From: Oligoflexia bacterium
GTDB taxonomy: Bacteria > Bdellovibrionota > UBA1018
Direction: 5' to 3'
Length of the DNA stretch: 64,000 nt
Assembly: GCA_963758495.1 (NCBI GenBank)
Contig: CAVWVI010000003.1
Location: 384,001-448,000, forward strand
The translations under genes were made by a program, and so were the position numbers. The notes beneath the pieces were generated by a model. The model saw only the letters and a program-made list of their open reading frames with translations, had not been told where the DNA came from and made no database searches. Of the stretch, positions 61,256-64,000 are shown one piece after another. Numbering within the stretch: position 1 is the stretch's first letter; each line of letters starts with the position of its first letter.

Positions 61256-62422
61256 TTATTTCAAGCTACGAAGTGCGGCTACCTGATCCATCTTTTCCCA
61301 AGTAAAATCAGGATCCATTCTACCAAAATGACCATAAGCAGCTGTTTTAGAGTAGATAGGTCGCAAAAGATTCAAAGATTCAATAATACCTGCAGGACGA
61401 AGAGAAAAGACCTCTCTTACAGCTGCATTCAGTTTTTTTAATTCAATTTTTTCTGTACCAAACGCATTCACCATCACGCTGACTGGCTCCGCTACCCCAA
61501 TAGCATACGCCAATTGAACTAAGCATCGGTCTGCTAGTCCTGCCGCAACAATATTTTTAGCTATATAACGACCCATATAACAAGCAGAACGATCTACTTT
61601 TGAGGGGTCTTTACCTGAAAAAGCTCCACCACCGTGAGCCCCGTGACCGCCGTAAGTGTCCACAATAATCTTTCGACCCGTTAGACCACAATCGCCCATA
61701 GGGCCTCCGACAACAAAACGTCCCGTCGGATTAATATAAAATTGGGTCTTATTATCTAGGAAGTGACTTGGAACCGTTTTCTTAACAACTTCTTCAATCA
61801 ACGCTTCTTGAATCTGCTTATAAGAAACATCTTCATCGTGCTGAGAACTTACGACAACTGCATCAATTCTTTTAGGATGACCATTTTCGTATTCAACAGT
61901 GACCTGTGTTTTACCATCAGGTCGAAGCCATTTTAAAACGCCTTCTTTTCGAACCTGAGATAAGCGTAATGCTAATTTATGGGAAAGATCGATAGAAAGG
62001 GGCATAAACTGTTCCGATTCACGGACAGCATAGCCAAACATAATTCCTTGATCGCCTGCGCCTTGTTCTTTTTGATTATGAACCCCTTGGCCTGCCGTCA
62101 CACCTTGAGAAATATCAGGAGATTGACGATCTAAAGAGACCAAGACGCCACAGGTCTTGTAATCAAATCCTTTTTCAGAGGAGTCGTAACCGATCTTCTT
62201 GACAGTCTGACGTGCAATATCTGCATAATCTACACGTGCTTCTGTAGTCACTTCTCCTGCAATTACAATTAATCCAGTCGTAACGAGAGTCTCACAAGCA
62301 ACACGAGACTTAGAATCTAGACCTAATAAAGAATCCAAAACTGCATCCGATATTTGATCTGCAATTTTATCAGGATGGCCTTCTGTTACTGATTCCGAGG
62401 TAAATAAATAGTGATTTGACAT
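61256..62422 (-). CDS. metK: S-adenosylmethionine synthetase
   Basis: [28 protein letters not shown] and AYGHFGR. Confidence 0.98.
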   Translation of the reverse strand: MSNHYLFTSESVTEGHPDKIADQISDAVLDSLLGLDSKSRVACETLVTTGLIVIAGEVTTEARVDYADIARQTVKKIGYDSSEKGFDYKTCGVLVSLDRQSPDISQGVTAGQGVHNQKEQGAGDQGIMFGYAVRESEQFMPLSIDLSHKLALRLSQVRKEGVLKWLRPDGKTQVTVEYENGHPKRIDAVVVSSQHDEDVSYKQIQEALIEEVVKKTVPSHFLDNKTQFYINPTGRFVVGGPMGDCGLTGRKIIVDTYGGHGAHGGGAFSGKDPSKVDRSACYMGRYIAKNIVAAGLADRCLVQLAYAIGVAEPVSVMVNAFGTEKIELKKLNAAVREVFSLRPAGIIESLNLLRPIYSKTAAYGHFGRMDPDFTWEKMDQVAALRSLK

Positions 62423-62465
62423 GAAGAATAACCTCTCTAAACTGAATAAATTGACTTGAATTTAA

Positions 62466-62594
62466 TTAAGTTTCAAGATGAATTGGAAATTTCGGCGTCG
62501 TGCCTTTATTCTGTTCACGACGTTTACGAACCTTTCCCTTGCGAGCTTGTCGAACTTTACGAGCAGTCTTAGTTTTCATCATACGTGAGGGCAT
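62466..62594 (-). CDS. Small highly basic protein (42 aa), below the ORF-track cutoff
   Basis: GGAGG SD 5 nt before ATG; MPSRMMKTKTARKVRQARKGKVRKRREQNKGTTPKFPIHLET*. Confidence 0.7.
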   Translation of the reverse strand: MPSRMMKTKTARKVRQARKGKVRKRREQNKGTTPKFPIHLET

Positions 62595-62687
62595 ACGAAC
62601 CTCCAAAAAGTAAAATAACGATTTAGCCTCTATGAGGGGGTGTTGTCAATTACTTAGCATCAGTTTACTTAAAAATAGATCCTGGGT

Positions 62688-62704
62688 TTGGCCCATAGGT
62701 TGCT
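62688..62704 (+). promoter_or_regulatory. Putative sigma54 promoter upstream of the secretin gene
   Basis: TTGGCCCATAGGTTGCT with GG-N10-GC spacing. Confidence 0.55.
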
Positions 62705-62716
62705 TTAACGGGGCCC

Positions 62717-64000
62717 ATGACTTTAAAATTAATGAATTCAGCGTGGATAGCGCTATTTCTAGCTCATCCCTGGACGACTCCTCAAGTTGAAGCCAGCGAT
62801 TTTACTCATGCCCTTGAAAAACCCCCTCTTGTGTTAGGTCTAGGAGAACAAAGACTTCTCCGAATAGAAGGCCTTCTGAAATACTCTCTTGGAAATAAGG
62901 TGGCCCGCATTCTCCCATTGACCGAACGCTTTGAAAAGTCAAAGCATGCTCGAAAAGAAAGCCTTTTACTCAAAGGAATATCGATAGGCATGGGAGATCT
63001 ATGGATCTGGAAAACGGATGGAAGTACCGAACACAGAACGATTCGGGTAGAAAAGTCAGGACATAATGACATCAATATCTTACTGGAACGAGCGCTAGGA
63101 AAGCTCAATGAAGTTGAAGTGATCTTTTCCGGCAGGGGAGTCATCCTAAGGGGGGAGCTGGTCACCTTATCAGAAAGCGCTCAAGTGGCTGCTATCACTC
63201 GACTCTTTTCTAAAGAAGTTCATGATGAGACCTCCATTTCCAATGAACTCTTAAATCAAGGACAAATGAAATTAGAAGACTGGCTCAAGCATTCTAGAAG
63301 TTTTAAAAATCTTCGAGTTGAACGAATCGGATGCAACCTCTGGGTACGGGGAAACATCGATCGACCTTCGGAGCAAAGCTCAATTGAGCGACAAATCAAA
63401 GGTATTTTTCCTTTAGCTCATACTGAAATTGAATCTCTCCCAGATCACGCACCTACGGTTTATTTTCGAGTTTTTTTATTAGAATTAAAAAAGAATCAAT
63501 TCCATAGCTTAGGCATTTCTTGGCCAGGTAGCACACAGGGTGCATTTCAAGTGACGACTGGAAAAATCCGCGAAATGGTGCAAATGGATTTAACTCTTCA
63601 ACAACTAGAAAGTAGCGGCAATGCGCGCATTCTCTCTAATCCCGAGCTGGTCGTAAGAGCACCCGGAGAGGCCGAACTTTTTGCAGGAGGAGAGCTCCCT
63701 ATTCAAACTCAGAATAGATATCATTCAAATGTCAGCTGGAAAAACTATGGATTAACTCTCCGCCTCAAAGTATCTCACACGGCTGGAGATCGAGTACGTC
63801 TCGATATATTTACAGAAGTCAGCCATTTAGATGCCCCTAGTTCTCAGGATAGAATTCCAGGAATACAAGCAAATCGCATGAAAACACAAGTAGACGCAAA
63901 ATTTGGGACCCCCCTTCTCCTTTCTGGACTGCTTCAACAAGGAATGAGAGAAGAAGCTCGAGGACTCCCCTTTCTTCGAGGTATTCCAATATTAGGGTTA
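62717..64000 (+). CDS. Type II/III secretin, CpaC/RcpA (Tad pilus)-like; runs off the window end
   Basis: Frame from ATG 62717 (or 62732) with signal peptide, LLLKGISIG.GDLWIW, ILSNPELVV, FAGGELPI, WKNYGL.L and GLPFLRGIPILGL; no stop seen before 64000. Confidence 0.85.
   Translation, partial: MTLKLMNSAWIALFLAHPWTTPQVEASDFTHALEKPPLVLGLGEQRLLRIEGLLKYSLGNKVARILPLTERFEKSKHARKESLLLKGISIGMGDLWIWKTDGSTEHRTIRVEKSGHNDINILLERALGKLNEVEVIFSGRGVILRGELVTLSESAQVAAITRLFSKEVHDETSISNELLNQGQMKLEDWLKHSRSFKNLRVERIGCNLWVRGNIDRPSEQSSIERQIKGIFPLAHTEIESLPDHAPTVYFRVFLLELKKNQFHSLGISWPGSTQGAFQVTTGKIREMVQMDLTLQQLESSGNARILSNPELVVRAPGEAELFAGGELPIQTQNRYHSNVSWKNYGLTLRLKVSHTAGDRVRLDIFTEVSHLDAPSSQDRIPGIQANRMKTQVDAKFGTPLLLSGLLQQGMREEARGLPFLRGIPILGL

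Noticed and set aside
62423..62465. SAM riboswitch upstream of metK
   Set aside because: Only 43 bp of AT-rich spacer lie before the small basic ORF, with no recognisable aptamer
62806..63165. 119-aa minus-strand ORF
   Set aside because: Shadow of the plus-strand secretin gene

Overview
This bacterial window looks Bdellovibrionota/Oligoflexia-like, inferred from gene order and protein types. 1-8.6 kb holds a YegD-type Hsp70, a double-transmitter hybrid histidine kinase, an atypical PEP carboxylase, a response regulator and a chimeric kinase remnant. 8.6-22.3 kb is accessory DNA ending at the 3' end of tRNA-Asp(GTC). It contains unknown outer-membrane/secreted proteins, an HExxH orphan, an ogt + 2OG-Fe(II) oxygenase pair, a truncated gene, a dead IS110 with a structured left end (bridge-RNA candidate) and a nested stack of identical IS1380-family elements. 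One complete 1976-bp IS1380 copy sits inside the 3' non-coding end of another, flanked by an ACTTCA duplication, and that copy abuts the 3' end of a third. The element's ~355-bp 3' non-coding end is a chain of hairpins. This apparently self-targeting IS with a structured 3' end is the best candidate for an undescribed system. 22.3-29.2 kb holds an acyltransferase, prfB with its +1 frameshift, ybeY, a MazG-CoaE fusion, a lipoprotein/beta-barrel pair and a PilZ-like gene. 29.2-56.5 kb is a large flagellar cluster (flgB to fliA) with no flhG and a 27-bp-arm palindrome where flhG usually lies, plus sigma54 promoters, a sensor-less sigma54 activator and a TPR protein. 56.8-64 kb holds mlaEFD, a second sensor-less sigma54 activator, metK, an uncalled 42-aa basic ORF and a Tad/CpaC-type secretin running off the window end. 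All family assignments come from motif recognition, not database searches.
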